Shown piece after piece: positions 22,896-30,581 of a stretch of DNA of 32,000 nt (position 1 is its first letter; every line of letters starts with the position of its first letter). The notes below the pieces were generated by a model. It was not told the origin of the DNA, did no database searches, and saw only the letters and a program-made list of their open reading frames with translations. The stretch is taken from NCBI GenBank assembly GCA_022646745.1, contig CP060262.1, positions 2,400,001 to 2,432,000 on the forward strand, read 5' to 3'. A program made the translations under genes and the position numbers. The DNA comes from Planctomycetales bacterium. GTDB taxonomy: Bacteria; 4484-113; JAFGCY01.

Positions 22896-23641
22896 GAGCA
22901 ATGAAGAGTGAGCAATGAGCCTAAATACATTGCATTTCTCTGCGACTCCGTTTCCCCTCTGCGCCTCAGCGCAAAGAAAACCGTAACAACTTGCCACTAT
23001 GCCACTCGAGCGCATGCGAGCTTCTACCGCTTAAGCGCGCACCTCCCTAATCCTTCGTGTCTCCGCGACTCCGCGTTGACAAAACCATTGATGCTTACTC
23101 GCTGCCACCCGAGCCGATGCGAGGCACGCAGCCGCGTGAGTCACTTCGTGCTCGCCAGACTGGTTTTATTGACGCGGAGACGCTGAGTTTGAAGAGAGGC
23201 GCGGAGAATTCCTTTTCCCATACGCACACTCGAATCATCGACTACCGCAAGTACCGGCGTCGCCTTGCGACCATTGGGAGTGTATGCATGGAAATCCGCT
23301 TGGCAGACGGGTTTACCAATGCTGAATATGCCTACTGACCTGCTGTTGTTGTAATTGATGTTTCCCTTGGTTTGACCACAGAGCCACAGAGTGCACAGAG
23401 AAGAATGGCAACATAGCTTCACTCACGCCACGCCTTGCCCCATTGCCACATCTCGCGTGCAATCGCGGCAGGGCCGCGCCGGTACTATGTTCTATCGGGA
23501 ATTTCGTTCCCTTCGCTTCCTTAGCGGCTTAGCGCCTTAGCGTTGAAGAAAACCACTACATGTTTTCTCGCTGTCAATCGAGCGTAGCGAATCACTACCG
23601 CTGAAGCGGGTAGCTCCTACTGCCCACTGACTACTGACCAC
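22896..23641. repeat. Mosaic of degenerate heptamer/octamer-armed elements in a gene-free region
   Basis: Blocks of tandem 7-8-mers: gagcaat/gaagagt/gagcaat (22896-22920); tctctgcg..ctctgcg cctcagcg (22937-22971); tctccgcg actccgcg (23060-23075); ccacagag ccacagag tgcacagag (23376-23400); cttagcgg cttagcgc cttagcg (23520-23542); ctgacta ctgacca (23627-23640). Three ~70-nt homologous cores begin near 22972, 23076 and 23543. Each has AAAACC, then CGAGC-N3-4-GCGA. Confidence 0.6.
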
Positions 23642-23658
23642 TTTAACATTGTAAAAAC

Positions 23659-23686
23659 TTGACATATTCACAATTTATGGTAATTT
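23659..23686 (+). promoter_or_regulatory. Candidate sigma70 promoter TTGACA-16-(TGg)TAATTT
   Basis: TTGACA at 23659-23664, a 16-nt spacer, then TAATTT at 23681-23686 preceded by TG at 23678-23679 (extended -10). It lies ~60 nt upstream of ATG 23747. Confidence 0.5.
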
Positions 23687-23746
23687 TTGTGTAGTAAATC
23701 GCGGGGCTGACCCAACATCCCATTGCCCCGCCGGGGAGAGGACACT

Positions 23747-24154
23747 ATGGATCTTTGCCAGAAAATGCATGATGACCCCTGCATCCGTGCGCTGCTGTGG
23801 TGCCTGATCAGCTCAGGCGAGATGGACCAGGCCGGGCTGAAAGCCGCCGGATTCTCAGACACGGAGACGCACGCCATCCTCAAGGACCAGCACAATCTGC
23901 TGCGCCGCATGAAGCAGCACCACCAGCTGGCCCAGCGCATGGGTGTGAAGGAACTGGCGACGCTGATCCGCCACAAGCTCAATCAGCAGCTCGGCAATGT
24001 GAAGAAGGCCACGGAGCTTTCAAGCATCCTGCGCTGCCTGAAGGGCCTGCCGAGCTGGCTGTTCCCGGAGTGGGAGCAGGCTGAACTGTCCCAGCTGGCA
24101 GCCAATGGCCTCAGCAGACTGTCCGCCGGAACTGCAATGCCGCAGAAGATTTAG
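23747..24154 (+). CDS. Hypothetical helical protein (135 aa) upstream of the second ECF sigma gene
   Basis: GGAGAGG lies 5 nt upstream of ATG 23747 (the ORF-track TTG 23723 was trimmed). The protein is all-helical and Lys/Gln/Leu-rich with no TM segment. No family recognised. Confidence 0.65.
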   Translation: MDLCQKMHDDPCIRALLWCLISSGEMDQAGLKAAGFSDTETHAILKDQHNLLRRMKQHHQLAQRMGVKELATLIRHKLNQQLGNVKKATELSSILRCLKGLPSWLFPEWEQAELSQLAANGLSRLSAGTAMPQKI

Positions 24155-24210
24155 CGTTTTTCCGCCAGCGCGCAACAATCCGCTGAGACTGGCGCGTCTC
24201 AGGAGTCAGC

Positions 24211-24765
24211 ATGCTGGAAGCGGATATCTGCAGGCGTTTCGACGGCCTGCTCACTGATGGGATCTACAGCCTGGCCTGGCGTTACTGTGCGCGGCTCTGC
24301 CGCACACGCGAGGACGCCGAGGACCTGCTGCAGGACTCGCTGTTGCAGGCCATGCGCAGGCTGGACAGCCTGCGTGACGATGAGAGCTTCCGCTCCTGGC
24401 TGCTGAGCATCGTGCACAGGCGCTTCCTCGACCGTTGCCGCCGGCTGGACTCGCGGCGGCGGACGCTGGAGGGCATGCAGGAGGCCTGGCACCGCGACTC
24501 GCATTCCGCATCCGAGAACCACCTCTGGTCCGTGCTGCACAGCCTGCCGGACCAGAACCGCGAAATCATCTGCCTGTTCTACATGGAAGGCCTGAGCACG
24601 GATGAGATCGCGCTGGTGACCGGCCTGAGTGGCTCTGCGGTGCGACTCAGGCTGATGCGCGGGCGGCGGGTGCTGCGCGAGCGGCTCAAGAGCGAGGGGT
24701 TCAGTCATTTTGCAATGAAGGGTCGGCCCGCTGAAGCGGCCGGAGGCAAGTCACATGAATGTTGA
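24211..24765 (+). CDS. ECF-type RNA polymerase sigma factor (second copy)
   Basis: AGGAG lies 5 nt upstream of ATG 24211. Region 2: AEDLLQDSLLQAMRRLDSL.....FRSWLLSIVHRRFLD. Region 4: LPDQNREIICLFYMEGLSTDEIALVTGLSGSAVRLRLMRGRRVLRERL. Confidence 0.85.
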   Translation: MLEADICRRFDGLLTDGIYSLAWRYCARLCRTREDAEDLLQDSLLQAMRRLDSLRDDESFRSWLLSIVHRRFLDRCRRLDSRRRTLEGMQEAWHRDSHSASENHLWSVLHSLPDQNREIICLFYMEGLSTDEIALVTGLSGSAVRLRLMRGRRVLRERLKSEGFSHFAMKGRPAEAAGGKSHEC

Positions 24766-26545
24766 AGAGCGGATACTGCTTGAAAGAATCAGTTCGCTCA
24801 ACCAGTTGAGCGATGCACAACGCCGTGAGGCGGAGGCGGACGAGTACCTGCTGGAGCTGATCGCTGACAACGCGCTCTTGGAGGATGCCGCCGCAGTGCA
24901 TGCGCTGGAACCACGGCGCGAGGCCCTGCTTGAGCGCATCGAAATGCAGGCCACTGAAAGGGAGCAAACCACGATGGGACTGATGGGATTACTGAGCGGC
25001 CGCAGTTTCAGGGCGCAGGCGGCAATCGTCTGCACCCTGCTGCTGGCCGTGCTGGTGGTCTCACAGCTGCTGCCCGGGCGCGACATGCAGCCCGGCGCCA
25101 GCCCGGCCTGGGCATCCAGCGACGGCTATACGATCGTCTATGAACTGGCGGGCCTGCCCAACTTCAGCACAAGCGAAAGCGGGCTGAACACAGCCATCGA
25201 TGAATGGCGCACAGAGATCGGCAGCACTGCCGAGAAGATTGCGATGCGCGTGCGCTCGGATGGCCAGCAGACCCGTGTGGCGCTGACGACAAACAACGTG
25301 AATGAGAAGCAGGTGGACCGGCTGGTGCAGATCATCGCCGACCGCACAGGCATGCAGGACCCGCAGGTGACCGGCACCACCCTGTTTGAGCCGGCCGGCC
25401 GCGGCCCGGCGGACTTCCTGTCCGGCAACCGGACCGCGCACTACTACTACCGCGAGGAGCCATCGCTGGAACGCATCGCCGGCCTGTTCGCCGGTGAGGC
25501 CCAGCCCAGCACCTTCGGCGCGGTGGTGCATGGCGGCGGCGGGCAGATCTTCCTCGGCCGCTTCAGTGAGGATGAGCATGCCGCGCAGGACCTCGGCAGC
25601 CTGTTCCCGCGTGAACGGATCGCCTCCGTGGCTGACGGTGAATACACCACCTTCGGCACCCTTGCCCTGTTTGGCGAGGACCACAACTTTGCGGTGGCCG
25701 GTGCTCCCGGTGTTGCCAGGTTCCAGTTCCAGGGCGACCCGCATGAAAACAGCATCGCGGTGGCAGAGGGCTTCCCGCTGCCGGAACATGGCGATGCCCC
25801 GGCGGTCTGGCATGGCAGCACGGAAGGCAATACCGCGATTGCGGAATTCTTCCCGGGAGCTTCAACGGGTGCAGAAGCACCAGGCGTTGCAGTGGCCTGG
25901 GTCGGTTCAGACAGCGGTGCCCCGGCTGCCTGGGTGGCCGGTGATGACAACGGCTGCGTGTCATGGACCCCGGCTCCGCCATTCACGAACCACGACATCG
26001 CATCCGGATTCTGGAGCCAGGCGCCGAAGCCCTCACGCTTCGTGGTGCTGGATGATGAGGAACAGCGCTGGCCGGCCCCCCTGCCGGGAGTGGATGCACC
26101 GGCCGGATTCACGGTCTGGACACCGCAGCCAAACAGTGAGGCGGGCTGCAGTTTCCAGGTACTGGAGCGCAGCCAGGGCAACAACGAATTGCTGCCGGGC
26201 TACACCATCTTCGGCAAGCCGGACGGTGTACGCGTGTTCAGCTTCCCGCCGGGGGCGCAGGCCCGCGACATCCAGAGCCGCCTCGACGAATGGTACGAGA
26301 AGAACGGCCGCCGCATCTCGCTCAATGTCAACATTTCCCATCCGCTGGATGATGAGCTGGTGCTGATCGTGGCTGAAGGGATGGAGAGCGACCAGTCGCT
26401 GATCATCCTCGGTAAGGATGCCGACGGTGTGGCCCGCATCCGGACGACCGAAAAGGGTGATGTTGAAAAGCCGGAGGATGCCCCGGAGGGTGAGCAGTCT
26501 GACGAGAAGCCCAGCAAACCGGCTCCGAAGCCAAAGGATAAGTAG
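24755..26545 (+). CDS. Putative anti-sigma factor: single-pass membrane protein with ~490-aa extracytoplasmic region
   Basis: GGAGG lies 8 nt upstream of ATG 24755, and the ORF overlaps the sigma gene by 11 nt. It has an ~85-aa helical N-terminus, a TM segment AAIVCTLLLAVLVVSQLL, a large region with no recognised domain, and a Lys/Pro/Glu-rich tail. The role is inferred from position only. Confidence 0.6.
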   Translation: MNVEERILLERISSLNQLSDAQRREAEADEYLLELIADNALLEDAAAVHALEPRREALLERIEMQATEREQTTMGLMGLLSGRSFRAQAAIVCTLLLAVLVVSQLLPGRDMQPGASPAWASSDGYTIVYELAGLPNFSTSESGLNTAIDEWRTEIGSTAEKIAMRVRSDGQQTRVALTTNNVNEKQVDRLVQIIADRTGMQDPQVTGTTLFEPAGRGPADFLSGNRTAHYYYREEPSLERIAGLFAGEAQPSTFGAVVHGGGGQIFLGRFSEDEHAAQDLGSLFPRERIASVADGEYTTFGTLALFGEDHNFAVAGAPGVARFQFQGDPHENSIAVAEGFPLPEHGDAPAVWHGSTEGNTAIAEFFPGASTGAEAPGVAVAWVGSDSGAPAAWVAGDDNGCVSWTPAPPFTNHDIASGFWSQAPKPSRFVVLDDEEQRWPAPLPGVDAPAGFTVWTPQPNSEAGCSFQVLERSQGNNELLPGYTIFGKPDGVRVFSFPPGAQARDIQSRLDEWYEKNGRRISLNVNISHPLDDELVLIVAEGMESDQSLIILGKDADGVARIRTTEKGDVEKPEDAPEGEQSDEKPSKPAPKPKDK

Positions 26546-26620
26546 GCCCGCCGCGGTGCGCTATATTGGTAGCATCACTCGGGGCGCATGCGAGCATCCC
26601 CGCAATCGAGGAGCGATCAG

Positions 26621-26824
26621 ATGAAGATACTGAAGGTTGTCGAGATCATGGCGGATTCGGAGACCAGCTGGGAGGATGCGGCCTGCAATGCCGTGAACCA
26701 CGCCAGCAAGACCGTCCGCAACATCAAGAGCGCATGGATCCAGGACCAGAGCGTGACCGTCAAGGACGGCGCGGTGGCCAAGTACCGTGTGACCTGCAAG
26801 ATCACCTTCGAGGTTGACGGCTAG
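26621..26824 (+). CDS. Dodecin family protein
   Basis: GAGGAG lies 7 nt upstream of ATG 26621. MKILKVVEIMADSETSWEDAACNAVNHASKTVRNIKSAWIQDQSVTVKDGAVAKYRVTCKITFEV matches the dodecin pattern (..G.S..SwedA...A...A.kt.rn......v.......G.....y.v...v.F.v). Length 67 aa. Confidence 0.85.
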   Translation: MKILKVVEIMADSETSWEDAACNAVNHASKTVRNIKSAWIQDQSVTVKDGAVAKYRVTCKITFEVDG

Positions 26825-26850
26825 GACGGCTGTTTCAGTTGAGCAATCCA

Positions 26851-26877
26851 GGGAGTGCTTCGGCGCTCCCTTTTTTG
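26851..26877 (+). terminator. Rho-independent terminator after the dodecin gene
   Basis: gggagtgc-ttcg-gcgctccc (8-bp stem with one G-U, UUCG loop), followed by tttttt. Confidence 0.8.
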
Positions 26878-26884
26878 TTGGAGT

Positions 26885-26951
26885 GTCGGTCTGAGACCGA
26901 CGGAGGCCAAGCTGTAAGCTAGGCATGAGCCAGGCAAACTGACTGGCCTCC
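26885..26951 (+). repeat. REP/BIME-like cluster (second copy of the 50-nt composite)
   Basis: gtcggtctgagaccgac, then GGAGGccaagctgtaagctagg, then gccaggcaaactgactggCCTCC. Positions 26902-26951 are ~85-90 percent identical by eye to 12125-12174. Confidence 0.7.
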
Positions 26952-26974
26952 ATCCTCCCGCTAGAATCATTGCC

Positions 26975-27733
26975 TTGAGTGAAGCAGTCTTCCAGACCAC
27001 CGGCCTTGGCCTGACATATCCCGATGGCACCCGTGCGCTCAGTGATGTTGACTTCCACATCAAGCCCGGCGAGGTCGTCAGCGTGATCGGCCGCTCCGGC
27101 GCTGGCAAGTCCACGCTCTTGCGTTGCTTGAACGGCCTGCTGGTGCCGACGGACGGCTCGGTGAAGTTCCGTGGAAAGGAAGTGCACAGCTCCCCGGAAC
27201 ACGCGCGCACCGTGCGCCGTGACGTTGGCATGATCTTCCAGAGCTTCGGGCTGGTGCCGCGGGTCAGCGTGCTGAACAATGTGCTGATCGGCCGGGCCGG
27301 GCAGGTCGGGCTGTGGCGCGGGCTTATCTACCACTGGACCGATGCCGAGAAGCAGCTGGCGCTGCGCTGCCTGACCCGCGTGGAGATCCTCGACCAGTGG
27401 CACAAGCGGCCGCGTGAACTGTCCGGCGGCCAGCAGCAGCGTGTCGCCATTGCCCGCGCGCTCTGCCAGCAGCCCGCCGTGCTGCTCGCGGACGAACCCG
27501 TCAGCGCACTCGACCCGGCAACGGCACGAGTGGTGCTGGACCATGCCGTGCGCATCTGCCGCGAGGATGGCATCGCGATGATTGCCAACCTGCACAGCGT
27601 CTCGCTTGCGAAGGAATACGGCGACCGCATCGTGGCCTTCAAGGCCGGCCGTGTGCATTTCGAGGGCCTGCCTGCTGAGCTGACTGACGACGTGCTGCGT
27701 GAGATCTACGGGGAGCACTATGCCGACTTCTGA
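26975..27733 (+). CDS. phnC: Phosphonate ABC transporter ATP-binding protein
   Basis: Walker A GRSGAGKSTLLRCLNGL. PhnC-typical GMIFQSFGLVPRVSVLNNVLIGRAG..GLWRGL......AL..L.RV.I. Signature LSGGQQQRVAIARAL.Q, Walker B LLADEPVSALDP, then LH.V.LA.EYGDRIV..K.G...F.G......D..L.EIYG. The only in-frame start is TTG 26975, and it has no SD. Confidence 0.85.
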   Translation: MSEAVFQTTGLGLTYPDGTRALSDVDFHIKPGEVVSVIGRSGAGKSTLLRCLNGLLVPTDGSVKFRGKEVHSSPEHARTVRRDVGMIFQSFGLVPRVSVLNNVLIGRAGQVGLWRGLIYHWTDAEKQLALRCLTRVEILDQWHKRPRELSGGQQQRVAIARALCQQPAVLLADEPVSALDPATARVVLDHAVRICREDGIAMIANLHSVSLAKEYGDRIVAFKAGRVHFEGLPAELTDDVLREIYGEHYADF

Positions 27734-28634
27734 GCACAAGCCTCCCCAGCCTTCGGCACGCATCACCCCGCCGCAGAAGCCGCGCACGCTGCGCGACTCG
27801 CTCTGGACCGGGCTGAAGTGGACCATCACCGCGCTGTTCCTCGTGTACCTGATTGCCAGTTTCCAGCGCACCGAGTTCAACTTCTACACCCTGATCAGCG
27901 GCGGCAAGGACATCAAGCGCGTGATGTACGACCTTGTGCATCCCGACCTGAGCTGGGTCGAGCGCGATGCCGATGGCGAGGTGGTGCTCAGCCGCAAGAC
28001 CGGTGAACCCAAGCCCGGCACCGTGCCGGTGCTGCTGGACCAGATGAATGAGACGGTGATGATGAGCCTCGTCGGCACGCTGCTCTCGGTGCTGCTCAGC
28101 TTCCCCTTGTCATTCCTCGCGGCCCGCAACCTGACGAAGGGCAGTGCGGCCGGGCAACTCGCCTACAACTCCGTGCGCTTCATCTTCAATGTGCTGCGCG
28201 CCTTCCCGCCGATCATCCTTGCGATCATCTTCGTGTTCATGGTAGGCCCCGGGCCATTCCCCGGCGTGCTGGCGCTCGCGCTGCACAGCATCGGCATGCT
28301 CGGCAAGCTGTTCAGCGAAGCCATCGAAAGCGTGGACCTCGCGCCTGTCGAGGCCGTGCGCGCCACCGGTGCCAGCAACAACCTGATCGTCTGGTTCGGC
28401 ATCCTGCCCCAGGTGCTGCCGCAGTTCGTGGCCTTCTCGCTCTACCGCTGGGACATCAACATCCGCATGTCGATCATCCTCGGCATCGTCGGCGCCGGCG
28501 GCATCGGCTTCCTCTTGGACCAGTACATCCGCCTGTTCCAGTACCAGAAGGCCAGCACCTGCTTCCTGATCATCCTCGTCGCGGTGACGATCCTCGACTG
28601 GGGCAGCTCCTGGCTGCGCGAGCGGATGGGCTAG
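27720..28634 (+). CDS. phnE: Phosphonate ABC transporter permease
   Basis: GGGGAG lies 3-4 nt upstream of ATG 27720, and the ORF overlaps the phnC stop by 14 nt. It has multiple TM helices and a PhnE-like region (..ETVMMSLVGTLLSVLLSFPLSFLAARNLT..). Its position after phnC supports the call. Confidence 0.8.
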   Translation: MPTSEHKPPQPSARITPPQKPRTLRDSLWTGLKWTITALFLVYLIASFQRTEFNFYTLISGGKDIKRVMYDLVHPDLSWVERDADGEVVLSRKTGEPKPGTVPVLLDQMNETVMMSLVGTLLSVLLSFPLSFLAARNLTKGSAAGQLAYNSVRFIFNVLRAFPPIILAIIFVFMVGPGPFPGVLALALHSIGMLGKLFSEAIESVDLAPVEAVRATGASNNLIVWFGILPQVLPQFVAFSLYRWDINIRMSIILGIVGAGGIGFLLDQYIRLFQYQKASTCFLIILVAVTILDWGSSWLRERMG

Positions 28635-28714
28635 GCCGCCCGGTTTCACCATAGCTTGCCCCTTTGCAGTACTGAGTGTCAGTTCCACAGCGTTAGCCTC
28701 TAGGAAGAGGTCGC

Positions 28715-29296
28715 ATGGAACATTGCCTGCCATGGAAGGTGCACTTGTTCAGCCAGCTGTTGGCGCTGGCCCTGCTCGTGCTCGGCGGCAGCACAGGCAG
28801 TGAGCAGGCCTGGCAGGTGCAGCGTGAGTATTACAGCGGCCGGGTGCGCACGAGCATCCCGGACAGCCACCTGTTCCTCGACTCCGACTTCCTGCTGGTG
28901 CGCAGCATCGACCCGCAGGCCGGCATCATCTCCGAGGACATGACGCTGCTGGAGCGCGGCGGGGCCTGCCGCATGCTGCACCGCGAGCTGCTGGTCAGCG
29001 GCAGTGAATTCTCCATCAGCTCGGATGCCGGGGATGACTGCGCCAGCGGCGTGCTCGGCGGGCCTGACTGGCAGTGGACATACCTCGGCTACAGCCAGCG
29101 CACGGCTGACGGTCTTTTCCTGGAATGCGACTCCACCATCGATGCCGGCGGGATCTACCGCGAGTCGCGCATCACCGATGGATCAGGAAAGGTGCTTGTC
29201 TACATCGACGAAAGCGGCAGCCGGCTGGACGATGAGCAGTATGCGCTGATGCTCACCCGCTGGGCCGCGATGAGCGACAGCATCTCACGTATCTGA
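28715..29296 (+). CDS. Hypothetical secreted protein (193 aa), paralog of 29343..29933
   Basis: GGAAGAGG lies 4 nt upstream of ATG 28715. Hydrophobic N-terminus HLFSQLLALALLVLGG. It is colinear with the next gene product (..G.DWQWTYLGYS....DGL.L......vs..GRAWSWDDIEYSYVDKDGLTF..; ..DDEQYALMLTRW vs TEEDYAIMQALY). Confidence 0.65.
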   Translation: MEHCLPWKVHLFSQLLALALLVLGGSTGSEQAWQVQREYYSGRVRTSIPDSHLFLDSDFLLVRSIDPQAGIISEDMTLLERGGACRMLHRELLVSGSEFSISSDAGDDCASGVLGGPDWQWTYLGYSQRTADGLFLECDSTIDAGGIYRESRITDGSGKVLVYIDESGSRLDDEQYALMLTRWAAMSDSISRI

Positions 29297-29342
29297 CAGT
29301 TCCACGATTGCGGGCACAGGCGATTTCTGCTATCAATTCCAG

Positions 29343-29933
29343 ATGACCAGAATTTGCATGACAGCACTGGCCTGCCTGCTGCTCCTGTGCAGCGGCGCAT
29401 TCGCCCAGCAGCAGCAACAGCAGCAGGGTGGATCGAAGCAGAAGTTGCCGGACCGCACATTCGGCGTGCACATCTCCGGCACGTTGAAGGTGATGGATGC
29501 CTATGGCAAGGAGCTCGAGAAGCGCGAGTACATCTGCCAACGGGTCTGCGACCCCGCGAACAACAGCTTCACCGAGCATTACATGAGCTGGATCGGGATG
29601 GACACCAACAGCCTGCGGGAGTGGGAAGTCAGCTATGAGCTGGATGGCAACGACTTCACGATGAGCCGCGAGGACTTCTATGAGGGGACGGGAAAGCTGA
29701 CGGGGCGAGCCTGGTCCTGGGACGATATCGAATACAGCTACGTTGACAAGGACGGGCTGACCTTCAACCTGAGTGGCGAGTTCAGTGGCAAGGACTGCCA
29801 GCGCGCAGCGGTGGTGCTGGACAAGCAGGGCAATGTGCACCGGCTGATCGAGGACAACAGCAAGGTTGTCACCGAGGAGGACTACGCCATCATGCAGGCG
29901 CTCTACTACCGCATCAAGGCCGGCTACAACTAA
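29343..29933 (+). CDS. Hypothetical secreted protein (196 aa) with poly-Q after the signal peptide
   Basis: Signal peptide MTRICMTALACLLLLCSGAFA|QQQQQQQ. The body is beta-rich and paralogous to the 28715..29296 product. No SD is present, but a -10-like TATCAA lies 6 nt upstream of the ATG. Confidence 0.7.
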   Translation: MTRICMTALACLLLLCSGAFAQQQQQQQGGSKQKLPDRTFGVHISGTLKVMDAYGKELEKREYICQRVCDPANNSFTEHYMSWIGMDTNSLREWEVSYELDGNDFTMSREDFYEGTGKLTGRAWSWDDIEYSYVDKDGLTFNLSGEFSGKDCQRAAVVLDKQGNVHRLIEDNSKVVTEEDYAIMQALYYRIKAGYN

Positions 29934-29939
29934 GGCCGC

Positions 29940-30581
29940 TCAGCTGATCAGCTTGATCTGCTCGTCCAGGAAGCGCCGGCGCTGCGCAGCATCCTTCAGT
30001 TCCAGCAGGCAGTGCTGCTGGTCCTGCACCTTGGTGTTACAGGTGATGTAGTCAAACGGGATTTCCTTCAGCGCGGTGAAGCTGGCAATCAGTTTACTCC
30101 TGCCCTTGCTCGATGGGAAACTCATCCAACGCTTGCCGTCGAACCACAGTGCATCCCCGGCGAACAGCACGGAGCCGTCCGGCAGGTCGACCAGGTAGCA
30201 CACCCCGCCCGGCCGGTGCCCCGGCGTTGGCACCACGTCGATGTCACTGGCCAGCCGGCGATGCTCAAACGGAAAGGCCGTCACATGGACGCATTTCTGC
30301 TCGACCGCCTCGCGCTCGGCTTCGCTGCAGTACAGGCTGCAGCCGAAGTGCTCGCTGACCTCATCGCAGTGCGCCGTACGGAAATGGCTGTCACCAAGCA
30401 GCTGCATGCCGATGCCGCCCATCGCTTCCAGGTCCGCGAAGCGCTCCGTGATCGTCGACTGATTCGAGAAGCAGGGGAACAGCAGGTTGCCACGTTTGCG
30501 CTTCACGAAGAAGGAGATGTATTTCAGCGCAGTCGCCTTGCTGGGCTCAACGACGTACAGGTTCTTCAGTAGTTCCCTCAC
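29940..30581 (-). CDS. MBL-fold metallo-hydrolase-like protein (degenerate metal motif)
   Basis: I trimmed the ORF-track ORF (to 30806) to GTG 30581, which overlaps the TGA of the upstream gene (gaGTGAgg) and has GGAGGG upstream. MBL-like blocks: LLGDSHFRTAHCD, VVPTPGHRPGGVCYLV, VLFAGDAL. The family call is moderate only. Confidence 0.6.
   Translation of the reverse strand: MRELLKNLYVVEPSKATALKYISFFVKRKRGNLLFPCFSNQSTITERFADLEAMGGIGMQLLGDSHFRTAHCDEVSEHFGCSLYCSEAEREAVEQKCVHVTAFPFEHRRLASDIDVVPTPGHRPGGVCYLVDLPDGSVLFAGDALWFDGKRWMSFPSSKGRSKLIASFTALKEIPFDYITCNTKVQDQQHCLLELKDAAQRRRFLDEQIKLIS

Noticed and set aside
22812-23422. Short ORFs (60-93 aa, both strands) in the gene-free region
   Set aside because: They overlap one another and run through the tandem-repeat blocks. 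They have no SDs and give low-complexity translations. Read-through of single stop codons did not yield a longer sensible frame.
24163-24205. ECF-type promoter (CAAC-N18-CGTC) upstream of the second ECF sigma gene
   Set aside because: The spacer is too long for typical ECF promoters. The implied TSS would fall inside or after the AGGAG SD of the sigma gene.
26561-28733. Long minus-strand ORFs (26561-27880, 28110-28733) antisense to dodecin, phnC and phnE
   Set aside because: They are shadow ORFs in GC-rich DNA. The plus-strand products carry Walker A/B, the ABC signature and permease TM helices.
29406-29426. CAG/CAA repeat (seven Gln codons) as a possible phase-variation tract
   Set aside because: A triplet repeat stays in frame on slippage. 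It simply encodes a poly-Q linker after the signal peptide.
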